A DNA stretch of 64,000 bases, from assembly GCA_039096225.1 (NCBI GenBank), contig JBBPEB010000002.1, positions 744,001 through 808,000 of the forward strand, given 5' to 3'. The stretch comes from Blastocystis sp. Blastoise. Its lineage: Eukaryota; Protista; Bigyra: Opalinata. The notes under the pieces are model-generated. The model made no database searches. It worked only from the letters and a program-made list of their open reading frames with translations, and was not told where the DNA came from. Made by a program: the position numbers and the translations under genes. Of this stretch, positions 37,101 through 47,816 are shown piece after piece (the first letter of the stretch is position 1; every line of letters starts with the position of its first letter).

Positions 37101-38944
37101 TTCTCATAAGGTAATAATGGATTAAATAAACATAAGCAATAAACATTAGGTATATAGGCAAAGAGGAAAGGAAATAAAGTAAATAATCGAGAAGATAAAG
37201 AGAATAGAGAGGCAAAGAGACTGGGTCTATAGAAGAAGTATTATTAGAATAATATGTATATTAATATATATAACAATAATAAGTATAAAAATGATAAAAA
37301 TAAATATAATAAAAGAAGAATAGTAATAAATATATATATGTTGATCTTCAGTAGCTGTAAAACAATCAAAATATATATATATACAAATATAGTAATATTG
37401 ATAGAATGATTCAATCTATATATAATAATAATAATAATAATAATAAATAGACATACCATTTTTATTTGAAAGAATAGTACCATCAATCGGATTTGTAAAT
37501 GGGAAAGAAAAATTCATATTCTATATATAATATAATAAGATTAGCATAAAATATTATAATATTAAAATAAATAAAAATTAAATAAATATTTAATATAGGA
37601 AAATGAAAAAAGGGAAAAATGTTAATGCAAACGAAAAAAAATATATATGATATTTATATACTGTTGATAACATGTTTGGTTGTGGTTTGACAGTGTTTTG
37701 AGTTAGCAGAACCAAAAAGAACCTAAAAAAATAAAAAAAAAGAAATGGAAAAAAATACCTTACCAAATAGATAGATAACAACAATTCTTTTTGACAAACA
37801 CTTCTAATAATGACTAAGGAGACTGTTTGAATGCAGACGGGAAGCCAGAATCAAGAACCTAAAAGAATCAGATAAAAAAATAGGAAATATTCAATAAATA
37901 AATTATGATATAATATATACCTGCATGGAAAACACCTAAGATATGCATAGCAGTCACTAGATCTGCTTGTATACAACAAATTAAAAATAAAGATAAATTC
38001 ATATTTAAAGTCAATTTTTTAGTCAAATACTAAAAATTTTCATAAAAATTCATTTTTAATTTTTTTTAAAATTTTTATGACTCAATACTAAAGTAACAAG
38101 TTTTAACAATTATATATTACACTATTGACACAACATTATTGTATCCCACTACTTTCAGGTTTTAAAAAAATACTCATTTTTGTTGACTCTCTGATCTATT
38201 TATATTCTGTTCTAAAAGCTATTGATTATAACTTGAAACGTTTTTATAATACATAATTAACTCTCAAAACAACTCTTTAAAAGACTTTTCTTTGATTCTG
38301 AGGAAAAGTAGTTTTTTTATAAGTTTTGACATACTCTTTGTATGCGGAACTTTAAGTCATGATAGAATAAAATGAAAAAAGTCTTTTAAAACTCTTATGT
38401 CGTCTGATATATAATAAAATATAAATAGACTCACTTTTAAACAATAAAAATATTCCCGTAAATATTTTAAAAATTCAAAACTCTGGTCTGATTGCCCATG
38501 GAACAAATAGGCTCGGTTCAATTTTTCAATGTAAAAAAAATATAAATTTTTGACTTTTTGACTGAATTTTGGTTTTGTCCCATAGAGGTCAGCTTATTCA
38601 CTTTTAATCATATATGTGACTATGAGAGGGTCTTCACTTTAAACACAACTATAAAATACTTTAAAATATTGACCCCATTATTTGTCGGAATTGCGACTTT
38701 AAAATAAATAAAAACGTTTTGGATATTGGGTGACCCTCTGCAAATAAAAATTAATGTCAATTCTTTATTAAAATATGTCTAATAGGGTATTTGAGTCTAA
38801 ATCAAAAGTCGACTTAAAAATTTTGTGAAAATTTTCATTTTTTTGCCTAAGTCTTTTTTTTCTTGAGTTTTCATTGGCTGAATCAATTTTGAACGAAAAT
38901 CAACCAATCAAAAACCTTCAAAAACTCAAAAGTGCCTACCAGTG
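31039..38944 (+). mobile_element. Nested non-autonomous CACTG element (7.9 kb) carrying degenerate gene fragments
   Basis: 12-bp perfect TIR CACTGGTAGGCA/TGCCTACCAGTG; TSD ATA at 31036-31038 and 38945-38947; interrupts a transposase exon. Confidence 0.92.
32740..37960 (-). pseudogene. Mosaic of degenerate captured exons, products unidentified
   Basis: Many GT..AG-bounded coding-like segments with stops; one exon shared with 20717-20890; 57-bp tandem duplication near 33822-33937. Confidence 0.5.
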
Positions 38945-38947
38945 ATA

Positions 38948-39465
38948 TATTCATTTCTTGTGGATAATCTACGAATAAAATCTTGTCCTCTTTTTGGTAT
39001 TTTTAACTCAGGCTGATTTGATACTGTTATTATAACATTATTTACAAGCTTTATTAGTTCAATTACAGATTCTTGGCTTATATTCAGTCTTTTCCAAGTG
39101 GTGAAAATCTGTTGATGTAATGAATCTTCTATCGATGTATTTATGTTGTTTCTTTTAAACTAAAGATATTAATTTTTATTATAATTCATTATATGGTATT
39201 AATATTGTAATGGATATAAATAATTTACTTCATGATTTGAAATTTCCTTCATAATATTGCTTAGGATTTGTTCATCATCATTCGAAAGAATGTCATTAAT
39301 GTTTGATGATATATTTTCATTGTCGGGGCAACCTGTTTGGTGAATGTTATTTGAAATCTGCTGATCAGCACCTATAGCTTCTTGAATAAAAGAATATATT
39401 TGAATTGAGTGTTTACCCTTAGGCTTTTTATACCAGTTGGATGGGAATAATCTTTGACCAACCAT
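38948..39465 (-). CDS. CMC transposase 5' exons (continuation of 28139..31038)
   Basis: Translates ...TWKRLNISQE..KIPKRGQDFIRRLSTRNEY, aligning with WCSLRISKE..KIPARGQDVIRKF in 12334..12651. Confidence 0.85.
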
Positions 39466-39598
39466 TTGGAAATAGTGATATTATTTTATGGTTTTTCTTG
39501 AATTATTTCCATTTTGTATATATTTTTTCTATTTATATATAATTATATCTCCTTATAATAAATTCAGAATAGTATCATATTAATATTTTTACTGAAAA

Positions 39599-40360
39599 AT
39601 GAGTAATAATAATGATAAATGGAACGATTTTAGAAAACAAATGATGGGCTGTATTAATGAATTTATAGATTTACAGATTGGTACAAAAAAAATTGGTATT
39701 TTCTTCGTTATGCTTTACTATATTATTTATAGACGAAAAATTAGACTATCTAGATTCTAATATGGAATCTTTTTTGAGACATAGAGCTTTAGAATGTGGA
39801 ATACCAGTAAACTATACAAGATCTGCTACTATAACTATTAGTGTATGTATATATACTTAATATAATATTTTAATATAGAATGTTCTTCGTTATATCCCGT
39901 TTGTATTATCTGTAGATGATAGAATGGATGTTTTTAATTTATTTAGAATTGAAGAAGGGTCTGTAAATTTTAGGTATGACTGTAATTTGTTTAAAAGAAT
40001 GTGTGAATTATGTCTTAAATATTCAAATAAAGTTGGGCAGGTCATGGATTTAACATTGGATAATATCAAAACGATAGTTAGATCAATACTTGTTAATAAA
40101 AAGTTAAATGGAACACTATTTACTTATTTTGGATTCAAATTAAAAGATATTTCTATTGAAGAGTTCAGAAAACAATTCAAAGCTGATAAAAAATATCTAT
40201 TTGTATGTAAATTATAATCTATATATTCTTTTATATTTATATATTTATTTAGAAAACTAAGTGGATATTAATAAAAGATTTTCATCATATGAGACAAACA
40301 AGATATAATAAACACAGGAATATTCTAGAAGATTTAAAGATTATAAATGAAGAATTTTAG
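39599..40360 (+). CDS. CACTA accessory gene (multi-exon, unknown function), divergent from the transposase
   Basis: ATG at 39599, short introns, YIPF/YFGF blocks shared with 11075..11944. Confidence 0.65.
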
Positions 40361-40640
40361 TGGTTCTCGAATTGAGATTTCTTATAATTAGTATATAATT
40401 ATTATTAAATATATTATCACTAAACATAATCTTTTATAGCCATTCATTCTTCATCTTTATTATTTTGGGATATTTTATTTTAGAATATTTACATATTTTT
40501 TTTATTTTCAAGGCAATAATGTATTTATTTATATATATACTTGTTTGTGTACAATTTATATATATGTATATTGTTTATAGGAGTTGATACTTTAGATAAT
40601 CAACAATTTTATTGTGTATTGTATGTTTATTTGAAAAATA

Positions 40641-41050
40641 TTTATAAGATTTTTAGGTTATTAGTTTTTGTATAAAGTGGTTGTTGTTGAGACTAGTATT
40701 CTGAATTGTAATTCTTGTATATATAAAATTTATTATTATCTTATTTATAAGATTTTTAGGTTATTAGTTTGTGTATAAAGTGGTTATTGTGGAGACTAGT
40801 ATTCTGAATTGCAATTCTTGTATATATAAAATTTATTATTATTTTATTTATAAGATTTTTAGGTTATTAGTTTGTGTATAAAGTGGTTATTGTGGAGACT
40901 AGTATTCTGAATTGTAATTCTGTATATATAAAATTTATTATTATTTTATTTATAAGATTTTTAGGTTATTAGTTTGTGCATAAAGTGGTTATTGTGGAGA
41001 CTAGTATTCTGAATTGTAATTCTGTATATATTTAATTTATTATTATCTTT
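40641..41050. repeat. Subterminal tandem repeat, ~103 bp x4
   Basis: TTTATAAGATTTTTAGGTTATTAGTTT.TGTATAAAGTGGTT..GAGACTAGTATTCTGAATTG starting at 40641, 40744, 40847 and 40949. Confidence 0.9.
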
Positions 41051-42522
41051 AAATTTATGTATTTTATAGTCATTAAAAATTTGTGATTTCAAAAAAGAAA
41101 TACTTTAAATATAATATTTCTTGCTATTATAATTATTATTTACATATTTTTTATAGACACATATCTTGGGCTTTCATTTATAGCCTTTTATTAAATTATA
41201 ATTAATTAGCTTATATTTTATTTTAAAAGTGCATATTTTTTAAATTTTTACTTAATATAGTCATAAATAGTCGATTTTATATTATTTTTGTTATGTTTAT
41301 AAATTAATAACCTATGAAACTACTAATCAAAAGAAATGAAAAGCAAAATTTGTTTTTATATTCTTGAATAAATAAAAATAATAATCCAATCATATAACTT
41401 ATATGAAACCACATCGACAAAATAATTGGATATAAGCGCTATTATGTCCACTCAAATTGTATATATATATTTTAGTATCCATTAACATTGTTGTAAAAAA
41501 CGAGCTGAAAAAATCTGAATCAGTCTGATCCGTTCAAAGCTTATGGATCAAACTTTTTGATTCACGGGAATGCCTGTCAGTGTCGGCAGATTTCGACCTC
41601 TTTAATTTCGAGTTTTGACTTCATATTTGGTGTAAGGATGCCTTATATGTTACATTATGATATTTCATATCTTTAAATGCTTTTTAAAAAAGGTTAAAAA
41701 AGTTAATTGCGGCTTTGCACCAAAATAAGTCGTTCTAACACACTTTTTATAAGTCATATTAATAGATAATAAACTATTACATATATATATAAAGTCAAAA
41801 TATAAAATATCGTTGAATCTCGGGGTCAAAAATGAAAAAGAAATTTTGATTTTTTTCAAAATTTTTGTTTTTATCGTTTTAACTAAGGTCAATTTCAATT
41901 ATCATTTTTCTATCAATAAAGTCAATATTTTTATAACATATAATATGTTTTATTCTGATCATAAAATATAAAAAATTAGTTCTTAAAAATAAAAATTGAC
42001 TGAGAAATAAAAATTCAAAGTGGTATGTCTCTCAAAATATTTTTACTTTTTTAATACTGTTTTTTTTATTGTATCCCTATAAACACTACTAATTAACTGA
42101 AAAAAAATTATTCTATAATTATAAGAATTATATATATTTATTTATAATAGTGAAAATTTATATTAGTCAAGCTAATAATTATTTTTAGTATATATGACAT
42201 ATTAAAGTATGAAATATATTTTCTTATCATAAGAATTCATTTTTAAAAAACGATAATGTTTTTTATATTTATTTTTTGTTCTTTTCAAAAGTAGTTTTAA
42301 ATATGTATAAACATAGAAAAATTTAATGACTTAGTTTATAAATTTTTAAAATGTAAAAAAAAATAATTTTATTTCCATTACTTTTAGACATCTTTATTAT
42401 GAAATGGATTCTTTATGAATATAAAAAAAAAATTTATCTATTATTAAAAAAGAAAATATGAATACAAATTCTTATTCATAAACTATCATGCATTTTTATT
42501 ATATATAGATAAGTAGATATTA

Positions 42523-42674
42523 GTGATATGAAATAGTAGTAGTTAAACTTTTGAATTTTTAAAATTTTAATTTAATTTTTTATCTATAAAATACAACGCG
42601 TTGTTTTTTATAGGAAAAAAAAAGAATTAAAATTTTAAAAATTCAAAAGTTTAACTACTACTATTTCATATCAC
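42523..42674. repeat. 152-bp near-perfect palindrome
   Basis: GTGATATGAAATAGTAGTAGTTAAAC...ACAACGCGTTGT...GTTTAACTACTACTATTTCATATCAC, centred at 42598/42599. Confidence 0.9.
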
Positions 42675-43117
42675 GAAACATATATATTCATTTAAAAAAC
42701 TATATAATCTAAATAAGATCTATTTAGATAGAATATATGCATGATACCATAAAATCAATTTGATAAATGAATAAATAGAGTAAAGAATATATATAAACAT
42801 TTTGATTTAGTCACTGATAGCATAAAATTATAAAATTATTTTTTTTATATAAAACGAATAAAATAAAAATATGTATTAATAAATAAACATTCCAGAATGA
42901 ATAATTTAAGCAGAATAACTTGAAATAATAAATAGAATTATTGTTTATTTTCATATCATAATAGCTTTCATAGATAAATGTAACTTATATTAAGAAACTA
43001 TTATGATATGTGTCATTAATGAAACTATTATAAACTATAAACTACTTTAAAAAGTATTTTTATGTATCTATATGATAGTATACATTTAAAAAAATATTTA
43101 TATAAATTATAAAGCTC

Positions 43118-43298
43118 CAGTGTCTTCCCTGTCACTGGACGAAATTGCCACGTGGCAATTGTCACCAAAATTTGTGACAAAATATTTATTTTTGACAGTG
43201 TAATTTTATATTTTTATGACTAAGTCAATTTAAGTCTGGCTGAAAGTGACAGTCAGCTATTGTCATGGCAATTGTCACAAAAGTCAGGGAAGACATTG
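43118..43298. mobile_element. hAT-type MITE (181 bp)
   Basis: TIR CAGTGTCTTCCCTG / CAGGGAAGACATTG; 8-bp TSD TAAAGCTC at 43110-43117 and 43299-43306. Confidence 0.9.
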
Positions 43299-43319
43299 TA
43301 AAGCTCTAAAGGTTACGAA

Positions 43320-43348
43320 GCATCGGCGAAGCCGATGCCACCCGCTAG
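43320..43348 (+). mobile_element. Helitron-like 3' terminus
   Basis: GC-rich hairpin GCATCGGC-GAA-GCCGATGC, then 6 nt, then CTAG|T. The 5' end was not located. Confidence 0.7.
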
Positions 43349-44502
43349 TTATAATAATAATAAATAGAGTCATAATAGAATATAAAATATTAAAAATTAG
43401 TCTAATTAAATATGGTTGACTGTTTGATAGGAATGTTAGAATGGGTAAAATGATTTTAATTGCTTCTAAAACAGTATAATACGTTTTTATGTCACTAAAT
43501 ATAAAAATATTATAGCTTAAAGAATGTTTTTTGTCTTTCAAAAGAACTCATTTTTTGTAATTGTGGCTTTAAACAAAAGAGATTCAAGTTATTCTTTACA
43601 AATTAAATAATAAATTCAATATATATGTATATGAATATAAAATTCGTTTTAATAAAAGTGAATGTGTTTGAAAAAAATGTTAAAAGTTTTTTAGAGTTTT
43701 TTAAAAATAACTTATTTGTTTTATAAACTTTATTTCATGTACAATAGGTAAAGTATTTTAAAGTACTAAATCTATTTATGATATAGAATGTAATTTTTGG
43801 TTTATATTTAGTTTTTCGTTTCATTTAATGAAATGATTTTGAAAACATTATAAAAAATGAATAGATAATTTTTAAAAATAATTCTTTTTTCTTTTATAAA
43901 AAAAATTCTATATATGATAAATATTTATAAAAGAACTCTATGAGTTATTATCGATTATATAGAATAATATATATTTTTTAATTATTAAAAATATTTTTTG
44001 TTTTTAAAAATCCAAATTGAAATAGGAGTAATAAAAAAAGAATAATATTATAAACATTTGAATCTGATAGTATTAAACTATAGCAACTATTACATATAAT
44101 TAAACATTTATTAATACGAAAAAGGGGTATAATAAAATATTAAATATATATATATATAATAGTATATATAAAAAGAAATGATAGAATATAAAAAATCAAA
44201 TAGAGATAAAAATGATAATAATTTAAAATGAAATAAAATAATATATGAGAAAATTCATAAAAGAATAAATAATATTTTTTAGACAAAAGAGTAAGTTGTT
44301 TCTCATAATAATAATTATATAGAATAATTTAAAATAAAAAATAAATACTTAAAGATAAGATATAACTGATAATATTAAGTTTTAAAATAAAAAATTTTTT
44401 ATAATCATAATAATATTGTTTAAAGTATAAAATATTTATAAAACTAAATGAATTTATAATTACAAAAACAGTTATAAATAAATTAACAAAGAAAAGTGAA
44501 TT

Positions 44503-44710
44503 AATATAGAAATATAAATATAAATATAAATATAAATATAAATATAAATATAAATATAAATATAAATATAAATATAAATATAAATATAAATATAAATATA
44601 AATCTAAACTTAAATCTAAATCTAAATAGAAATCTAAATAGAAATATAAATAGAAATAGAAATAGAAATAGAAATAGAAATAGAAATAGAAATAGAAATA
44701 GAAATATGAA
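44503..44710. repeat. Hexanucleotide microsatellite (AAATAT/AAATAG)n
   Basis: Seen directly. Confidence 0.9.
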
Positions 44711-45139
44711 TAAGATCAAAAATAAAACACAAGAGCTAATCAATTATTATTAATAAACAATAAATATATATAATCAATAATAAAAATAGCTAAAATGATA
44801 CTAAATAAAAAAGGAAATAATACTCAAAAAAATGTAATATAAAATGTTAAATAGGAATTATCAATAAAGTATGAATTGAATTATTTAGAATATACTAAAC
44901 TAATAACTAAACAATAGAAGATAACAACTAAAACAATTGAAATAATAATTTATAAAATATGAAATAGTCTTCATCCTAAAAATAAAAAAAATAGAAATGA
45001 ATAACAAAAACATAAAAATAAACATAATATTAAAAAAAAACATAAAATATAACAATTAAGAGATGACAACTATCAAAACTCAAGCGTAGGTGGCGTAGCC
45101 AGTCGTGAAACGCTTGTATATATAAATATATTAATATAC

Positions 45140-46020
45140 CATTTTATATCGCTATTCTTTAAATAATATGAACCATCACCTAATTTGTTTGGACCTAATT
45201 CGCAAAGTTTTTTTGCTGTATAGGTTTTTCCCAAACCAGTTTCGCCCCATATATATATAACTACTGGAGATTCTACTCTTTTCTTTTCATTAAAATCATA
45301 GATTAATCTCTTAATTGCTTGTGAATGTAAGAGTGTAAATCCCGGAAATTCGTGCCATATAGCATCGTAAGTATTACCATTCCTTATTGCTGTAGCTACT
45401 TCTTCGGAAATTTTTTTCGGATGTTTTTTATTTTTATAATATTTAACATCTGTTTTAATAAATCTAATAGGACCAGGTGATAACGGAGAAGGTTCACTAC
45501 TTATGTTTCTTGATTCTAAGTTATACAGTCTTCCATTGAAAGTTTGACTTGCAAATAAATCACGATGAGTACCACTTGTTATAGCTCCATAGCCTCTAGT
45601 ATTTTGGTTACGATATATTTCATGTAAATTATTTATCTATATATATATATATATATACATATATATATGTATATACCTCTGATAAATAATATAGTACGTT
45701 TTCACGAGTTCCATCACGAGGTCTAACATCTGTATGTTCCAACTGAAGCATTCTTCGGACCTTATTTCTTCTTCTTCTTGTTGTTAATTCAATGTATAAA
45801 TGTGTATGCGTATTATGTGTTTCGTTATTAGGTTCAGTTACATACGCCACATACATAATTTCCTGTGGTAAACCATTTTCCTCCCAATTAGGTAGAGTCT
45901 CTTGAAAAAAGAAATCTCGGTCATCACCGAATAGTGTACAAAACCAATATTGACTTTGTGGTGACTATATACATATATACATAATAATTATATAAATACA
46001 ACATTATTATTATCACTCAT
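45140..46020 (-). pseudogene. rep: Divergent Rep paralog, truncated before Walker B
   Basis: Exons 46020-46000, 45964-45677 and 45636-45140 give YWFCTLF, THTHLYIE, VLYYLSE, WGETGLGKT...DIKW. The last exon is absent. Confidence 0.88.
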
Positions 46021-46337
46021 ATTTATAAAATATCAAATAAATATTAAAATAAATTATAAAATAAATTATAAAATAAAATAAATATAAGCCACGTCAGCAT
46101 AATTAAAAATACAGAATATGCCCTTATATCTTGTCAGGACCTAATCACCAGTCAATAAAAATTAAATTGTACCCATTCCCAAAACTCTTTTTTTGCTATT
46201 TTTAGGGTCTAATTCCTTCTGGATAAAAAGTTATTTCAATTTAAAGGTTTGGGACCCTAATTATAAATATTAAGAATTACACTACAACCAAACTCAACTT
46301 ATCCAATCCGATCGGAGAAACTCAAGATTCCTCCAAT

Positions 46338-46374
46338 CAAATTGAGCGATGACGCATTATTACATCACAATTTG
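46338..46374 (+). promoter_or_regulatory. Putative rolling-circle origin, copy 1 (nonamer CATTATTAC at 46355-46363)
   Basis: CAAATTG-AGC-GATG [ACGCATTATTA] CATC-A-CAATTTG imperfect stem; fits the NANTATTAC consensus. Confidence 0.75.
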
Positions 46375-46871
46375 CTCTCAGCGAAACACGAAACAAAGAT
46401 CATCATAAGAGTATTTGACTCGAAAGTCAGAAGTAAATCTTACAATTAGTTGATCTTGATTTTTTATATCTATATTGTCTTTGTTTTCTATTCTTTCGAA
46501 CCACCTTTCTAATATATTACTACTTGAGAAATTCAACTCAATGCACATGTTCATGTGTATTCACGGGAAAGTTTTTTTACATTCGCGGCTTTTACCCGTA
46601 TATACCGTTCTTTATATTTAGCCGCCCCGTGAATATCTTTGTGAGTGAGAGCTGAGAGCAAATGCTCAGTTTTGTGGTTGTATAGTACTCTCGGATCCTT
46701 ATCTTGTTTTATTGTAGAAGTTCACAAAGAGTATGGTCGCGCAGTCGAGTTTGGTGTTCGATTTTTTTTTTTTTTTTTTTATGTTTTTTTTTAAAAAGAA
46801 TTAACAAAACAGTGTTTTTAATTATATATTATTATATTAGACAAGAATTAATGTTTGTAGTGTTAGTATAT

Positions 46872-47618
46872 TTAGTGTCGTAATCTATCTGGTAGATGTT
46901 GAGCATAGTATACCATAGGTGATGTTCCTGCTGTTTGTGCAGCGGCAACGTATCTTGTAGCTTCGTCGAACAATGCAGTGATAACGGTATTATATTGTGG
47001 TTCTGTTCTGAAAGTCATTTGTCCTCCTTCTGAAATATTATACATAATAGGAAATGTGTTGATTCCTCCCATTTGGTATATAAAAACTAGTATTGTTTCT
47101 GCTTTTGTAAAATCATCGGATGCATAGTAGATGGGTAGTGTGAAATCATAGGCGAGTTGTTCTGCAGTGAATGGATAGGTATAGAGTAAACCGTTTAGTC
47201 TATATATATATTCTTTTTTGACTCCGTTTTTGTTAATTGTGTAGACTGTGTTTATAATTTGTTTGATAGTAGAGTTGCAGAGTTTTTTAATGTTCTTTGC
47301 ATTTTCGTCGTCACCTGTAGCGCTTGGTATAAATATTTGAATTGGTATAGTATAATCTGTTGATGTTAATAGTGTTCTAGCTTGAGCTACGTACATTCTT
47401 CCACATTTTTTGGCTACAAGCATTAATTGGTGCCTAAGTTTGTGTTTATTTGCGATTCCACCTACGGTAGTATCTTCGGCGATAGTTGCCCAATTTGTTC
47501 TAAAAGAATTAACTGCATTGTTATAAGTGGTTACAGCGTTTGAATTTCTATTATATCTTCTTCTTCTATAATAGGTACGTTGAGTACCTCTATATCTGGA
47601 TGAGTATCTATAAGGCAT
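46872..47618 (-). CDS. 248-aa protein with Arg/Tyr-rich N-terminal arm (capsid or genome-binding structural protein)
   Basis: MPYRYSSRYRGTQRTYYRRRRYNRN N-terminus typical of CRESS capsids; intronless intact ORF. Confidence 0.65.
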   Translation of the reverse strand: MPYRYSSRYRGTQRTYYRRRRYNRNSNAVTTYNNAVNSFRTNWATIAEDTTVGGIANKHKLRHQLMLVAKKCGRMYVAQARTLLTSTDYTIPIQIFIPSATGDDENAKNIKKLCNSTIKQIINTVYTINKNGVKKEYIYRLNGLLYTYPFTAEQLAYDFTLPIYYASDDFTKAETILVFIYQMGGINTFPIMYNISEGGQMTFRTEPQYNTVITALFDEATRYVAAAQTAGTSPMVYYAQHLPDRLRH

Positions 47619-47672
47619 TTATTGTAAATAAAATAAATAAAATATGATATGATTTGATTAATAATTATTAAT

Positions 47673-47776
47673 GGAGTCAGTTTATCTGAATATATAAATT
47701 TGTTTTTAGAGACGGTTTATCTGAATATATAAATTCGTATTAGGAGACAGTTTATCTGTATATATAAATTCGTTTT
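47673..47776. promoter_or_regulatory. 35-bp x3 repeat with TATA motif between the divergent structural genes (also 52720-52823)
   Basis: GAG(T/A)C(A/G)GTTTATCTG(A/T)ATATATAAATT at 47673, 47708 and 47743. Confidence 0.6.
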
Positions 47777-47816
47777 CTTATAAATATGTTTTGTTATTTT
47801 GCATAAATTATTTTAA

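Noticed and set aside
40641-41050. CRISPR-like appearance of the ~103-bp repeats and the 35-bp repeats at 47673
   Set aside because: No unique spacers, no cas genes, eukaryotic context.
46505-46531. Alternative origin at TAATATATTAC
   Set aside because: Does not fit NANTATTAC and has a weak stem. The right junction points to CATTATTAC instead.
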